From Chloroflexota bacterium (lineage in GTDB: Bacteria > Chloroflexota > UBA11872): DNA of 64,000 nucleotides. Made by a program: the position numbers and the translations under genes. Below are positions 16,828 through 28,852 of this stretch, in pieces. How positions within the stretch are numbered: the first letter of the stretch is position 1; every line of letters begins with the position of its first letter. The stretch spans positions 1,518 to 65,517 of the forward strand of contig DAOUJT010000190.1 in assembly GCA_034422315.1 (NCBI GenBank). The letters are read 5' to 3'. The notes beneath the pieces were generated by a model. That model saw nothing but the letters and a program-made list of their open reading frames with translations. It did no database searches and had not been told where the DNA came from.

Positions 16828-19296
16828 ATGGCCGGTGGCGAGGGCTCCCGGCTACGACCGCTGACCATTGAGCGCCCTAAACCAATGGCGATGCTGGGCG
16901 ACGCGCCGGTCATGGAACACATCCTTCGGCTGCTGCGCGCGCACGGCTTCACCGACGTGATCGTGACGTTGCACTACCTCGGCTCCACGATCGAGAACTA
17001 CTTCCAGTCAGGCGAGGACTTCGGTCTACGGATCGCCTACACGTACGAGAACGAGCCGCTGGGCACCGCGGGCAGCGTGGCGCTGGCCCGAGACCAGTTG
17101 ACCGAGCCCTTTCTCGTGATTTCGGGTGATGCGCTCACGGACGTTGACTTGACGGCGCTGGCAACGGCGCACGAGTCCGGCGATTCCCAGGCCACATTGC
17201 TGCTGGCTCGAGTTCCCAATCCGTTGGAATACGGCGTGGTGGTGACGGAAGACGACGGGCGAATTGTGCGGTTTCAGGAGAAACCGTCCTGGGGCGAAGT
17301 GCTGAGCGACGCCGCCAACACCGGGATCTACATGCTTGATCCGTCGGTATTCGACCTGATTCCGCTAGGTCACGAAGTCGACTTTTCGATGGATGTATTC
17401 CCCGCCATGCTGGCCGGCGGGCGCCCGCTCTACGGGCATATTGCCGACGGCTACTGGACTGACATCGGCACGCTCGACGCCTACCGGGCGGCGAATGCTG
17501 ATCTGGTGTCAGGTCGGGTGCGCACGTACGGCGGCCCCTCCTATCGATCGGATACGCCGGCAGTGGATCCGACGGCTCGCGTTGATCCCACCGCGCAACT
17601 GCGGGGTCCGGTCTTCATAGGGCGTGGGAGCGAAGTTCACGCCCACGCGGTTATTCGCGGTCCCGCGGTGATCGGGGACAACACGCTGATTGCCGAACGG
17701 GCCGAGATTAGCGAGGCCGTGATCAGCGGCAATGTAGTCGTCGGCGTGGGCGCGAACCTGGAGCAGTGCATCGTGGCCCGGCACGCCAACCTGGGACGCG
17801 GCGTGACGATTCGCGAAGACGTGGTGATCGGCGACCGCAGCACGCTGGCCGACGGGTCGTCCGTCCGACCGGGCGTGCGCATCTGGCCGCGCAAGTTCGT
17901 GGACGAAGGCGTGGTTGTGGACCGAAGCCTGATCCACGCGCCGCAGGCTCGGCGGACGATCTTTACGCACGGCGGCGTGGCCGGGCTGGCGAATTTCGAA
18001 CTCACGCCCGAGTTCGCGGCGCGGTTGGGCGCTGCCTGGGGCAGCACGCTGCCGGTCGGAGCATCGGTGGTGGCGAACCGAGACCAGACACGGCCTGCCC
18101 GCATGGTGAAGCGCGCGCTGATGGCGGGCTTGGCCTCGGTAGGCGTTCGCGTGATTGATATCGGCGCCACGCCGTTTCCGGTTGGTCGATTTTCGTGCAC
18201 AAGGTTTGGGGCTGAGGGCACGACCCATGTGCGCACGTCGCCGTACGACGCGGCGGCCGTGGACGTGCGCTTGACGAACCCGCGCGGCGTGGACATTCGG
18301 CCCACCGAGCAGCGCAAGATCGAAGCCACGTTCATGCGGGAGGACTTCCGGCGCGTCGGCTCGGAGTCGATTGCGGAGATTACCGTGGCGGCCGCCGTGG
18401 AGGCGTATCAGGAAGCGTTGCTGCGTGTCGTGGCCAACTCCGAGGTGACGCACCGACACGTCGGCGTGGTGGTGGACTACAGCGACGGAACCTGCGGCGA
18501 GACGCTGCTCAGCGTCTTGACTCGCCTGGGCGTGCGCGACACTGCCGTGGACGCCTCGCCTGTTGACGTGGGGTCCGGCGGAATGGCAATTGCGGAGCGC
18601 CTGGCCCGGCTGGGGCGGATCGTTACGGCGGTGGGCGCGACGTTCGGCGCGGTCGTCGGTCCAGACGGCAACCGCATCTGGCTGGTGGACGAGCAGGGAG
18701 CGCCGATTGACAGCCTGACCGTTATCGCGCTGGTCCTGGACGGGCTGAGGGCGCGAGGAATCTCGGGTCCGCTGGCCGTGCCGTTCACGGTGCCGAATAG
18801 CCTCACGTCCTATGCCGGCGAGTTGGGATTCACGCCCATCCGCACGCAGGCCAACGTCGCTAACATGATGCAGGTGAGTGACGCCCAGCGGGCGGTCGTG
18901 GCCGCGAACGGCCGAAATGCGCTGTCCTTTCCGGACCTGCATCCAGGACCCGACGCCATGGCAACCCTGGTGCATTTGATCAGCGCGCAGGCGTTGAGCG
19001 ACTTGTCGGTATCGGCACGGGTGAGTTCGCTACCGGCGTTCACGCTGGCGCACCGGGAAGTGGCGGTAGCCTGGGAGCGGCGGGCGCAGTTAATGCGCGT
19101 GCTGAATTCCCACCCCGATCGCAGCGACGAGGGTGATATCGACGGGGTCGTCTTCGGCGAAGGCTATGAGCGGGCGGTGGTCGTTCCCGATGATGACCGG
19201 CCGATGTTCCGCGTAATGGCGGAGGGCGAGGGCTCGGTGGCGGCGGCGTCGCTGGCCGACGAGATTGAACACCTAGTATCCAGCGCCGCCCAGTGA
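16828..19296 (+). CDS. fusion protein: sugar-1-phosphate nucleotidyltransferase + left-handed beta-helix + phosphohexomutase-like module
   Basis: The N-terminus MAGGEGSRLRPLT is the NTP-transferase loop. The middle carries hexapeptide repeats, and the C-terminal ~430 aa align to the PGM/PMM fold. In-frame upstream residues (HAVV) look conserved, so the start may be non-canonical and upstream. Confidence 0.85.
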   Translation: MAGGEGSRLRPLTIERPKPMAMLGDAPVMEHILRLLRAHGFTDVIVTLHYLGSTIENYFQSGEDFGLRIAYTYENEPLGTAGSVALARDQLTEPFLVISGDALTDVDLTALATAHESGDSQATLLLARVPNPLEYGVVVTEDDGRIVRFQEKPSWGEVLSDAANTGIYMLDPSVFDLIPLGHEVDFSMDVFPAMLAGGRPLYGHIADGYWTDIGTLDAYRAANADLVSGRVRTYGGPSYRSDTPAVDPTARVDPTAQLRGPVFIGRGSEVHAHAVIRGPAVIGDNTLIAERAEISEAVISGNVVVGVGANLEQCIVARHANLGRGVTIREDVVIGDRSTLADGSSVRPGVRIWPRKFVDEGVVVDRSLIHAPQARRTIFTHGGVAGLANFELTPEFAARLGAAWGSTLPVGASVVANRDQTRPARMVKRALMAGLASVGVRVIDIGATPFPVGRFSCTRFGAEGTTHVRTSPYDAAAVDVRLTNPRGVDIRPTEQRKIEATFMREDFRRVGSESIAEITVAAAVEAYQEALLRVVANSEVTHRHVGVVVDYSDGTCGETLLSVLTRLGVRDTAVDASPVDVGSGGMAIAERLARLGRIVTAVGATFGAVVGPDGNRIWLVDEQGAPIDSLTVIALVLDGLRARGISGPLAVPFTVPNSLTSYAGELGFTPIRTQANVANMMQVSDAQRAVVAANGRNALSFPDLHPGPDAMATLVHLISAQALSDLSVSARVSSLPAFTLAHREVAVAWERRAQLMRVLNSHPDRSDEGDIDGVVFGEGYERAVVVPDDDRPMFRVMAEGEGSVAAASLADEIEHLVSSAAQ

Positions 19297-19631
19297 GTAC
19301 CCGCTCGGGCGCGCCGGCCCGGGTCACCGCGGTTGATATCCGTCGTGAAGGCGACGCTGCGCTCGGTATTGACTGGGCCGACGGATCGGCTTCCGTGATT
19401 CCGCTGCGGAAGATCCGTCTGGCCTGCGGCTGCGCGGTCTGCCGCGACGAACTGACCGGCGCCCTCCTGCTGGACCCCGAAGCGATTCCGCCCGACATCC
19501 GCGCCTATCGAATCGCGCCGGTGGGGAACTACGCGCTCACGTTCGACTGGAGCGATAGCCACAGCACCGGCATTTTCCCGTGGGAGATGCTGCGCGCGCT
19601 GGCCGACCGGAGCGGGTCCGAGAGCCGGTAG
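19293..19631 (+). CDS. DUF971-domain protein (gamma-butyrobetaine hydroxylase-like N-terminal domain)
   Basis: 112 aa with LRLACGCAVCRDELTG ... YALTFDWSDSHSTGIFPWEML, as is typical of DUF971. GTGA overlap with the upstream gene. Confidence 0.7.
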   Translation: MSTRSGAPARVTAVDIRREGDAALGIDWADGSASVIPLRKIRLACGCAVCRDELTGALLLDPEAIPPDIRAYRIAPVGNYALTFDWSDSHSTGIFPWEMLRALADRSGSESR

Positions 19632-19638
19632 GCGCGCG

Positions 19639-20487
19639 TCAGCTGGAGATCTTCTCGACGGTGCGTTCGTAGCGGCGCTGCATTTCGGGTCCACGCCAGA
19701 TCATGAACTCCTCAGCGACGGCGCGGGCGTTGACTTCCGACGGCGGCAACGGGATTTCGATGGTGGCTATGGATATGCGGTCGGTTCCCCAGACGTAGGC
19801 GGCAACTTCGCCCTTGCTGACGATCAGATTCACTCCCACATTGGCTTCGACCACGGGCACGCCGTTTTCACGCGCCCTCGCGATCACGTTCAGGTTCTGC
19901 TCGCGGCTGCGCGAGCCAAAGGAAGGGATCAGTAAGGCTTGGGCGCCGTCCATGACTTGGGCGCGGGCAATCAGCGGGTTCCAGCGGTCGTTGCAGATCA
20001 TGGTGCCGACGCGGCCAACGGGGGTGTCGATGGCGCGAAGGCTGTGGCCGAGACGGTTGAAATCCCAGTCGTCGCACGCGCCCTCGGCAAGCTGCGTCTT
20101 GTAGTAGGTTCCGCAGTGTTCGCCATCGGGTCCCAGGATGATGGCGGCGTTGTAGACGCCGTCGTCGCGCCGTTCGGCGTAGCCGAAGCAGAGCACGATG
20201 CTTAGTTCGCGCGCCAGGTCGCTGAAGCGCTGGATGTATGGACCGTCCGGCGGCTCGGCGATCTCCCACATGTCAGCACGGAGATCCGGGTCCTCAATGA
20301 CCTCCATGACTACGTAGCCCTCCAAAAATCCTTCGGGAGCTACGACCAGTTCCGCGCCCTGGGCCGCGGCCTGGCGAACGAAATCCTCCAGCTTGTCGGC
20401 GTTGGCGGGCTTGTCCCACTTCTTTGGCTTGATGGACAGAGCGGCCGCGCGGACTGATCGATACATTGCGCCGATCCCTTCGACCAA
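19639..20487 (-). CDS. carbon-nitrogen hydrolase (nitrilase superfamily)
   Basis: The E-K-C triad context is visible: VVAPEGF, YYKTQL and MICNDRWNP. Confidence 0.8.
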   Translation of the reverse strand: MVEGIGAMYRSVRAAALSIKPKKWDKPANADKLEDFVRQAAAQGAELVVAPEGFLEGYVVMEVIEDPDLRADMWEIAEPPDGPYIQRFSDLARELSIVLCFGYAERRDDGVYNAAIILGPDGEHCGTYYKTQLAEGACDDWDFNRLGHSLRAIDTPVGRVGTMICNDRWNPLIARAQVMDGAQALLIPSFGSRSREQNLNVIARARENGVPVVEANVGVNLIVSKGEVAAYVWGTDRISIATIEIPLPPSEVNARAVAEEFMIWRGPEMQRRYERTVEKISS

Positions 20488-20589
20488 GAGTTATCCAGGC
20501 CCTATACGGTGACGCTGACGACTCGAAGCGGGCTTGTCAAACGTTCGCGGTTCGCAGCGAGGTAAGCGAGCGAGCGCGCCAGGTTTCGC

Positions 20590-21144
20590 TCAGACGTCAG
20601 GGCGGTCGCGTGGTCCGAGCCAAACGTTCTCCGGGACGCCTGCCTCGTGGTTGAGGGCGCGCGCGAGCTCAAAGAGCACGTCGCTCAGACGGTTCAGGAA
20701 GACTGGGACCTCCGGGCTGACGAGTGCTTCCGAAGCGAGACGAAAGACTTCGCGTTCGGCGCGGCGGCAGACAGTTCGGGCCAGGTTGACACCGGCCGCG
20801 GCGGGCGTGCCGCCGGGCAGGATGAAGTGCTGGAGCGGAGGTAGGTCCGCGCGGTAGCCGTCCAGCCACGTGTCGAGCGCGGCTACATCCGCCGCCGTGA
20901 TGCGGTCGCCACGGGCGCGTCCGCCCGGATTGGCCAAGTCGGAGCCCAGGGTAAAGAGGCGAGTCTGCATCCAAGCCAGGCGATCGAGGTGATCGCCAGC
21001 CGGGCAGGAACTCATGGCGACGCCAATGGCGGAGTTGAGCTCGTCTACGGCGCCCAGAGCGGCGACGCGGGCGTCCGTCTTCGATACGCGCGCGCCGTCG
21101 AAGAGGCTGGTCTGGCCCTGGTCGCCGTGGTGCTTACGGGTCAA
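20590..21144 (-). CDS. PduO-type ATP:cob(I)alamin adenosyltransferase
   Basis: N-terminus TRKHHGDQGQTSLFDGARVSKTDARVAALGAVDELNS and a length of 184 aa match the PduO/MMAB family. Confidence 0.8.
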   Translation of the reverse strand: MTRKHHGDQGQTSLFDGARVSKTDARVAALGAVDELNSAIGVAMSSCPAGDHLDRLAWMQTRLFTLGSDLANPGGRARGDRITAADVAALDTWLDGYRADLPPLQHFILPGGTPAAAGVNLARTVCRRAEREVFRLASEALVSPEVPVFLNRLSDVLFELARALNHEAGVPENVWLGPRDRPDV

Positions 21145-21201
21145 TGGCGGCCCAGGACAGGCTTCCGTGGCGAATGTTTCACGTGAAACATTGCAGCGAT
21201 C

Positions 21202-22674
21202 TCAGGCGGGCCCGGCGCGGACGGGGAGAAACACGCGGGCAATTGAATCACCGCCGATGTCATTCCAGCCGGAACTCGGTTGGGCCAATCGACGCGCCAG
21301 CGGCGAGTCGGTCTGGATGACCACGGCGTCAGGGTCAATGTCCATGAGTTTCTGGCGCCAGCCCGACCCGAGACCAATGACGGTGAGGTAGTCGCTAAGC
21401 GTATGGGGCACGAAGAGGTCGAAGCGGCCGTCGATGAACACAAGCGCATCCAGCCAGAGGGCCCAGGTGAGGAACGCGCCCCAATGGTAGGTGGCGAAGA
21501 TTCGCGTCGCTCCGGTATCGGCGACGAGGTCGCGGGCGACAGCCGGCATAGGCACGACGGTGGGTCCATCGAGTGTGCGCGGGCTGATAGCGACGGCGAC
21601 GCCGATAGCCGAGGCCACGACCAGCGCCCCGGTGACACGCACCGCCCAGGCTGGAGGATGCAGGCGGGGCGCGCCGGTAAAGGCCAGTGGGCCAGTCAGC
21701 AGCAACGGCGCCAGGACCGCGGCGAAGGGCATGACTTTGCGTGTGCTGTAGCCAGCGGCCACCACGACGACCAGCACCAGGACATCGATTGGGGCGACAC
21801 GACCGCGTCGCAGGACGAGCAGCAGGCCGGTGAGAACCAGAAAGGCCGCGAAGAACCACCAGGTGTCGTTGAAGGCCTCGGGCGGCCGCCAGTCGCTGTT
21901 GAAACGACGAAACTCGCCGCCCCATTGAAAGAATGGCTGGGCCAGCAGGCGGGGTCCAGACGGGTTAATGGCCGGGGCGACGACCGACAAGGCCGTGACG
22001 GCGGCGAAGGGGCCAACGCGTGTGCAAGGGCACGGACCAATGAAGGGCAGCCGTGACCGTGCCCAGAGAGCTTCAAAGAGGAGGGCGCCGAGCAGGGCGA
22101 AGCCGATGGGGAACGACGCGTGGACATTGCCCCAGATAACGAACACGAGCGGCAGCAGCCACATCCAACGCGAGCCGGTACGCCGGTGATGCAACGCCAG
22201 GGCGGCGGCCAGGGCGGCGGCCAGTAGTCCGAACGCCAGCGGACGGATACCTGCAAATGGAAATAGCGGCAGGGATGCCGCAGCCAGACCCGCGGTTCGC
22301 ATCCACGGGCCGACGCCGTGGGCGGCGAGTGTGCGTTCGAGCAGACCCCAGATGAGGGCGTACACGGCGGCAATGCCCAGGACTGCGACTAGAACGTCGC
22401 CTCGGTCGATCAGTTGAAAAATGATCAGGGCGGGAAGCCACTCGTGGACTGTCCAAACCGCATCCCCGGCGCTAAAGGTGAATGGGTCGGGATAGGGGAG
22501 TTCGCCCCGGCTGGCGATGAAGCGACCGTTGCTGAGGTGTACCCAGAGGTCGGCATCCAGTGGCTGGGCGGCGGCCAGCGCGGCAATGGCCAAAATCGCG
22601 GCGACGGGGGCCGTGGTCATGCGTCGACCGACGTTGGCGGACGGCTGCTCGGCGGCCTGAGACAGCGCAGGCAC
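21202..22674 (-). CDS. polytopic integral membrane protein (possibly GT-C-type glycosyltransferase)
   Basis: 490 aa with more than 10 hydrophobic segments. No catalytic motif was recognised with confidence. Confidence 0.5.
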   Translation of the reverse strand: MPALSQAAEQPSANVGRRMTTAPVAAILAIAALAAAQPLDADLWVHLSNGRFIASRGELPYPDPFTFSAGDAVWTVHEWLPALIIFQLIDRGDVLVAVLGIAAVYALIWGLLERTLAAHGVGPWMRTAGLAAASLPLFPFAGIRPLAFGLLAAALAAALALHHRRTGSRWMWLLPLVFVIWGNVHASFPIGFALLGALLFEALWARSRLPFIGPCPCTRVGPFAAVTALSVVAPAINPSGPRLLAQPFFQWGGEFRRFNSDWRPPEAFNDTWWFFAAFLVLTGLLLVLRRGRVAPIDVLVLVVVVAAGYSTRKVMPFAAVLAPLLLTGPLAFTGAPRLHPPAWAVRVTGALVVASAIGVAVAISPRTLDGPTVVPMPAVARDLVADTGATRIFATYHWGAFLTWALWLDALVFIDGRFDLFVPHTLSDYLTVIGLGSGWRQKLMDIDPDAVVIQTDSPLARRLAQPSSGWNDIGGDSIARVFLPVRAGPA

Positions 22675-22686
22675 GGCCCGTGACTC

Positions 22687-23682
22687 CTAGCGCGTCGTCG
22701 GCAGATGTCGCCGCAAGAAATCCGTGCTGTTGCGGACCACGGTCTGAGCACTGGCGTTTAGCAAATGCCCCACACCGGGGTAGAGGTAGAGGTTACTTGC
22801 CACGCCGGCCTCCTCCAGAGCCAGCCGGAGCTTTGATGCCCAGGCCGGGTTGACCGCGAGATCGTCCGCGCCCTGGTGAACTTCCACAGGTCCGGTGAGT
22901 CGCTCAAGGTAGTTGCCCGCGGATAGGGCCGCGCGCAGCTGGTTGCTTGAGCGGGACGTTGGAACGCGGTAGTAGTCGGAGATATCGTCGATCCAGACGC
23001 TGAGTGGCGCCCACAGGGCTATGGGCCCAATCCAGGGGTCCACGACGCCGGCGCGAATCGCCAGTTCGCCGCCGAGGCTATGCCCCCAGATGCCAATGAG
23101 GCCGCGCTGGGCTTCGGGAAACTCTCGCGCCGCCGCCGCCAGGTTCAAGACGTCAATCGCGAATTCGAGCCTGGCGCCGATGTTGAGCCGCATGTCGTCT
23201 TGCGAGCCGCCGAGTCCTCGATAGTCGGTGGCGAGCGTCACAACGCCGCGTCGGGACAGGGCGTCGGCCATTACCCGCGTGCCGACACCCGTTGCGTACT
23301 GACTTGGCAGCACGTATCCGTGATTCAGCAGCGCGACCGGAAACGGCCCCGGGCCGGTTGGGATTGTGGCCATTCCCGTGATGTGAAGGCCATCGGAGTC
23401 ATAACTCATCAGGTATGACGTGTAGTCGTCGTGGCGCGCCGCCATCTTGTGCAGTCGAATCTCAGAGGGCGGATACCGGCGCGCCCGCAGCGCGGGAATG
23501 GAGAGGGGCGAACCGCCGGGACTGCGCGCATCGGGCTGTCCGACAAGGTTCCAGATGTCACAGCCGCTGACGGCCAGCGCGCTTGTGCCGGCCGCAATCA
23601 GACCGAGCAGACGGCGACGGTCAAGGCCCGGTTGAGCGGTTGCCGTGGGGCCGGCCGGCGGGATAGGCGCTTGCTTCTGCAT
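22687..23682 (-). CDS. secreted alpha/beta-hydrolase (S9/dienelactone hydrolase-like), Tat-lipoprotein signal
   Basis: Twin-arginine signal plus lipobox (DRRRLLGLIAAGTSALAVSGC) and nucleophile elbow GHSLGG. Confidence 0.75.
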   Translation of the reverse strand: MQKQAPIPPAGPTATAQPGLDRRRLLGLIAAGTSALAVSGCDIWNLVGQPDARSPGGSPLSIPALRARRYPPSEIRLHKMAARHDDYTSYLMSYDSDGLHITGMATIPTGPGPFPVALLNHGYVLPSQYATGVGTRVMADALSRRGVVTLATDYRGLGGSQDDMRLNIGARLEFAIDVLNLAAAAREFPEAQRGLIGIWGHSLGGELAIRAGVVDPWIGPIALWAPLSVWIDDISDYYRVPTSRSSNQLRAALSAGNYLERLTGPVEVHQGADDLAVNPAWASKLRLALEEAGVASNLYLYPGVGHLLNASAQTVVRNSTDFLRRHLPTTR

Positions 23683-23732
23683 AGATGGGCATTCCTCGGG
23701 CGCGTACGGCGGCGGCGACGGCTTCCGGCGGG

Positions 23733-24749
23733 TTACCGGCTGATAGACGCCATGCCGTCCGCGACGCGTTCGACAAGCCGGGAGTCGACGGCACGCGCCG
23801 CAGCGTGCAGAGCGTTCTCAACCGCGACGGCATTGGAACGCCCGTGTCCAATGATGACAACACCGTTTACACCGAGCAGCGGTGTGCCGCCATATTGAGC
23901 GTAGTCGGTGCGGCGCCGTACGGCGCGGAAGGCCGGATACATGAACGCCACGCCGGGCAAGGTATAGGGATGGCGGCGGACGGCGGCACGCAATTCGCCG
24001 ACCGCAAACTCAGCCGTGGCTTCGAAGGCCTTCAGCACGAGGTTGCCCGTGAAGCCGTCGCAGACCGCGACATCGACGCTGCTATGGAACAGCCCGCCCG
24101 GCTCGACGTTTCCAACGAAGTTGAGCGTCGACTCGGCCAAAAGCTCGGCAGCCGCCAGCGTGAGCGGACTGCCCTTGGTCGCCTCTTCGCCGATGCTGAG
24201 AACGCCGGTGCGGGGCTTCGGATTGCCTATGAGCTGCCGTGAGTAGACGGCCCCCATCAGGCCGAAGTCGCGCAAATGCTCGGGGCGGGCCTCGGCATTG
24301 GCTCCGACGTCTATCAGCAGCGTTGGGGCTTCCCGGCTGGGTATGAGGACTGCGAGGCCGGGTCGGTCCACGCCCCGTGCGCGCCCGACCAGAAGGACGC
24401 CGGCCGCCATAGTCGCGCCGGTGTTGCCCATGGATACAAGCGCCTGAGCCTCACCCGCGCTCACAAGTTCGGCGCAGCGGCGGATCGAGGCGTCGGGTGT
24501 CGAACGCACAGCTTGGACGGGGTGTTCGCCCATACCGATGGTTGAAGGCCCGGATTCCAGTCGCCAGGCCGACGGATTCTCGCCGCCGTTCGAGAGCAGG
24601 CCGCGCATGACCTCGACATCGCCGACCAGAATGGCGCGTTGGCCGGTTGACCTGGCCCAACTGATGGCCCCCTCAATCGTGGCCTCGGGCGCGCGGTCAC
24701 CGCCCATAACGTCCAGCGCGATGGCCGGTCCCTCGGCAGCGGCCGTCAT
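23733..24749 (-). CDS. plsX: phosphate acyltransferase PlsX
   Basis: 338 aa with N-terminal LDVMGGDRAPE and GNTGATMA motifs typical of PlsX. Confidence 0.9.
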   Translation of the reverse strand: MTAAAEGPAIALDVMGGDRAPEATIEGAISWARSTGQRAILVGDVEVMRGLLSNGGENPSAWRLESGPSTIGMGEHPVQAVRSTPDASIRRCAELVSAGEAQALVSMGNTGATMAAGVLLVGRARGVDRPGLAVLIPSREAPTLLIDVGANAEARPEHLRDFGLMGAVYSRQLIGNPKPRTGVLSIGEEATKGSPLTLAAAELLAESTLNFVGNVEPGGLFHSSVDVAVCDGFTGNLVLKAFEATAEFAVGELRAAVRRHPYTLPGVAFMYPAFRAVRRRTDYAQYGGTPLLGVNGVVIIGHGRSNAVAVENALHAAARAVDSRLVERVADGMASISR

Positions 24750-24759
24750 GCGTGGATCG

Positions 24760-26730
<1,971 letters not shown>

Positions 26731-27003
26731 TCAGTGGGACGGGTGTGCCTGATACTCGCAGAACCAGCAGGCCAGTGGGGCCGGCCGATCACTGCGCGAA
26801 CGTGCGCTGCAGGGCGGCGGTTTCGGATAGGTTCTTTCCGTTGATGCCCGAACCGCCTCCGCTTTCTTGTGTCCGGGATCAGGTGGGCTGTCCGATGGAC
26901 TTATCGTACCACAGGACGATCGATTTTGGACCGTCGTCTCCCAGCGCAACAGGCCGTGATCTGGCGCTGTCGCGCAATATGAAGCTACAAAACTACTATC
27001 CGA

Positions 27004-28071
27004 CTACTCCACAAACTCTCCGTTTTCTTGCAGCAGCGCACCATCGAGGTACAGCGCGCTGTCGGTGCGCAAGTCCTTCACCATGTCCCAGTGAACCGCC
27101 GACTGATTCTTACCGCCGGTGAACTCGTAGGCGCGTCCGACGGCCAGGTGCACCGTGCCGCCCATCTTCTCGTCAAACAGGATGTTCTTGGTGTGGCGCT
27201 TGATGCCGTCGTTGGTCCCGATGCCGATTTCGCCAAGCCGGCGGGCGCCCGGGTCCGTATCGAGGATGGCGTTGAGAAACTCTTCGCCGCGTTCGGCGGC
27301 GGCTTCCACGATCAGGCCGTCCTTGAACGTGAGCGTGATGCCGTCGACCTGGCGACCCTGGTAGATGGCCGGGAACTCGTACCGGATTCGGCCGTTGACG
27401 CTGTCTTCGATTGGGGCCGTGAATATCTCGCCGTCGGGCATGTTCTTCTTGCCGTCGGCTGGTTCCCAGATGCGACCGGCGGTCCGAAGGGTCAGGTCCG
27501 TATCCGGACCGACGATGCGGACTTCCGAGCCGCTTTCGAGCCGCTGCTTCAGGGAGGCGAGCTTGGCGGTCATCTCGGACCAGTCGATGTTGGTGGCGCC
27601 GTACAGGAAATCGGCGTACTCGCTCAGCGACATCTCGGCCTCTTGGGCCAGCGCATTGGTGGGATAGTCGCAGAGAACCCAGCGGACGTTCTCGATGATC
27701 TGATCCATCACGGGACGGCGCGCAATCATGGTCTTGGCCAGTCTGGACGGGTCCACGTTGGCCAGGGCGCGGGTGTTCTCGGTGGCGCGGATACGGATGG
27801 CGACCTGGATGGAATCGGCCTGGAATTTGGCGATCGGGTCAAGGAACTCGAGCTGCTCATCGCTGGCTTCGGACAGGAACACTTCCTGGGCGTCCTCGAA
27901 TCCCACGTTGAGCCGCGGGTGCCCGCCGGCCGCCAGCACGCGCCGGTAACAGGCCATCAGGAGCGGTTGGGCATTGGCGGTGCCGTCGATGACGACCAGG
28001 TCGCCGGGGCCTACCTCGGTCGAGTGCTGCACTAGGATGTCGGCGAGCGTTTCCACGCGGGGGTCAGTCAC
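27004..28071 (-). CDS. M29-family aminopeptidase (AmpS/PepS-like)
   Basis: The 355-aa ORF resembles thermophilic metalloaminopeptidases over its full length (EIGIGTN ... HLAVG motifs). Confidence 0.75.
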   Translation of the reverse strand: MTDPRVETLADILVQHSTEVGPGDLVVIDGTANAQPLLMACYRRVLAAGGHPRLNVGFEDAQEVFLSEASDEQLEFLDPIAKFQADSIQVAIRIRATENTRALANVDPSRLAKTMIARRPVMDQIIENVRWVLCDYPTNALAQEAEMSLSEYADFLYGATNIDWSEMTAKLASLKQRLESGSEVRIVGPDTDLTLRTAGRIWEPADGKKNMPDGEIFTAPIEDSVNGRIRYEFPAIYQGRQVDGITLTFKDGLIVEAAAERGEEFLNAILDTDPGARRLGEIGIGTNDGIKRHTKNILFDEKMGGTVHLAVGRAYEFTGGKNQSAVHWDMVKDLRTDSALYLDGALLQENGEFVE

Positions 28072-28199
28072 GAGTCGGATCCCTCGGCGGTTAAAGACGG
28101 AGATGCACCCATCCTCTTACGCCACCCCCGCACCTCTCAACCACATGTCCGCACGACGTCCGGCTGAAGCTCCTCCCGGGCGACGCCCAACAGTCCGGG

Positions 28200-28766
28200 G
28201 TGGGTATGGCTGACCTTCGGCCCTGGGAAGTCCTGGAGTCGCGGACGATTTCCAGCGACCGCTGGCTGACGCACACGCTGGAACACGTGCGCCTGCCGAG
28301 CGGCTACGAGATCTCGGAATATCACGTTCTGAACCAGAACGACTTTTGCCTGATGGTGGCGGTGACGGCCAGCGGCGAGGTTCCGCTTGTGCGGCAGTAC
28401 AAGCACGGCGCGCGCGCCGTGGTGCTGGAGTTTCCCGCCGGGCTGGTTGAAGACGACGAGACGCCGGACGCCGCGGCTTCCCGCGAACTGCTGGAAGAGA
28501 CCGGCTATGCCGGTCGTATGCACTGCGCGGGGACGCTGCTCACGAGTCCGTCGCGCAATCGCAATCTGGCGCACGTGTTTGTCGTTCTGGACGCCAAGCA
28601 GGTCTGTGAGCCCGAGCCCGAGGAAACGGAACAGATCGAGGTCGTCATGACCCCGCTCGCCCGGTTGCCGGAGTTGGTTGCCCGAGGAGCCATCCGCGAC
28701 CTGGGCTCACTCGCGACATATGCCCGGGCGCGGGCAGCGTTTCCCGATCTTGGCTGGGAGGGTTGA
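28200..28766 (+). CDS. NUDIX hydrolase (ADP-ribose pyrophosphatase-like)
   Basis: Nudix box GLVEDDETPDAAASRELLEETGY. Confidence 0.85.
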   Translation: MGMADLRPWEVLESRTISSDRWLTHTLEHVRLPSGYEISEYHVLNQNDFCLMVAVTASGEVPLVRQYKHGARAVVLEFPAGLVEDDETPDAAASRELLEETGYAGRMHCAGTLLTSPSRNRNLAHVFVVLDAKQVCEPEPEETEQIEVVMTPLARLPELVARGAIRDLGSLATYARARAAFPDLGWEG

Positions 28767-28852
28767 GGCAATCGCGGGCGCAAAGTGCCGCCACTAGGTA
28801 GCATGCGGTCCCGAATGCCCGCGTAGCGCGCGACGGATCCCCCAGCCTTCCC

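Noticed and set aside
17509-18975. 488-aa minus-strand ORF inside the nucleotidyltransferase fusion gene
   Set aside because: A shadow ORF, Arg/His-rich, with no recognisable domain.
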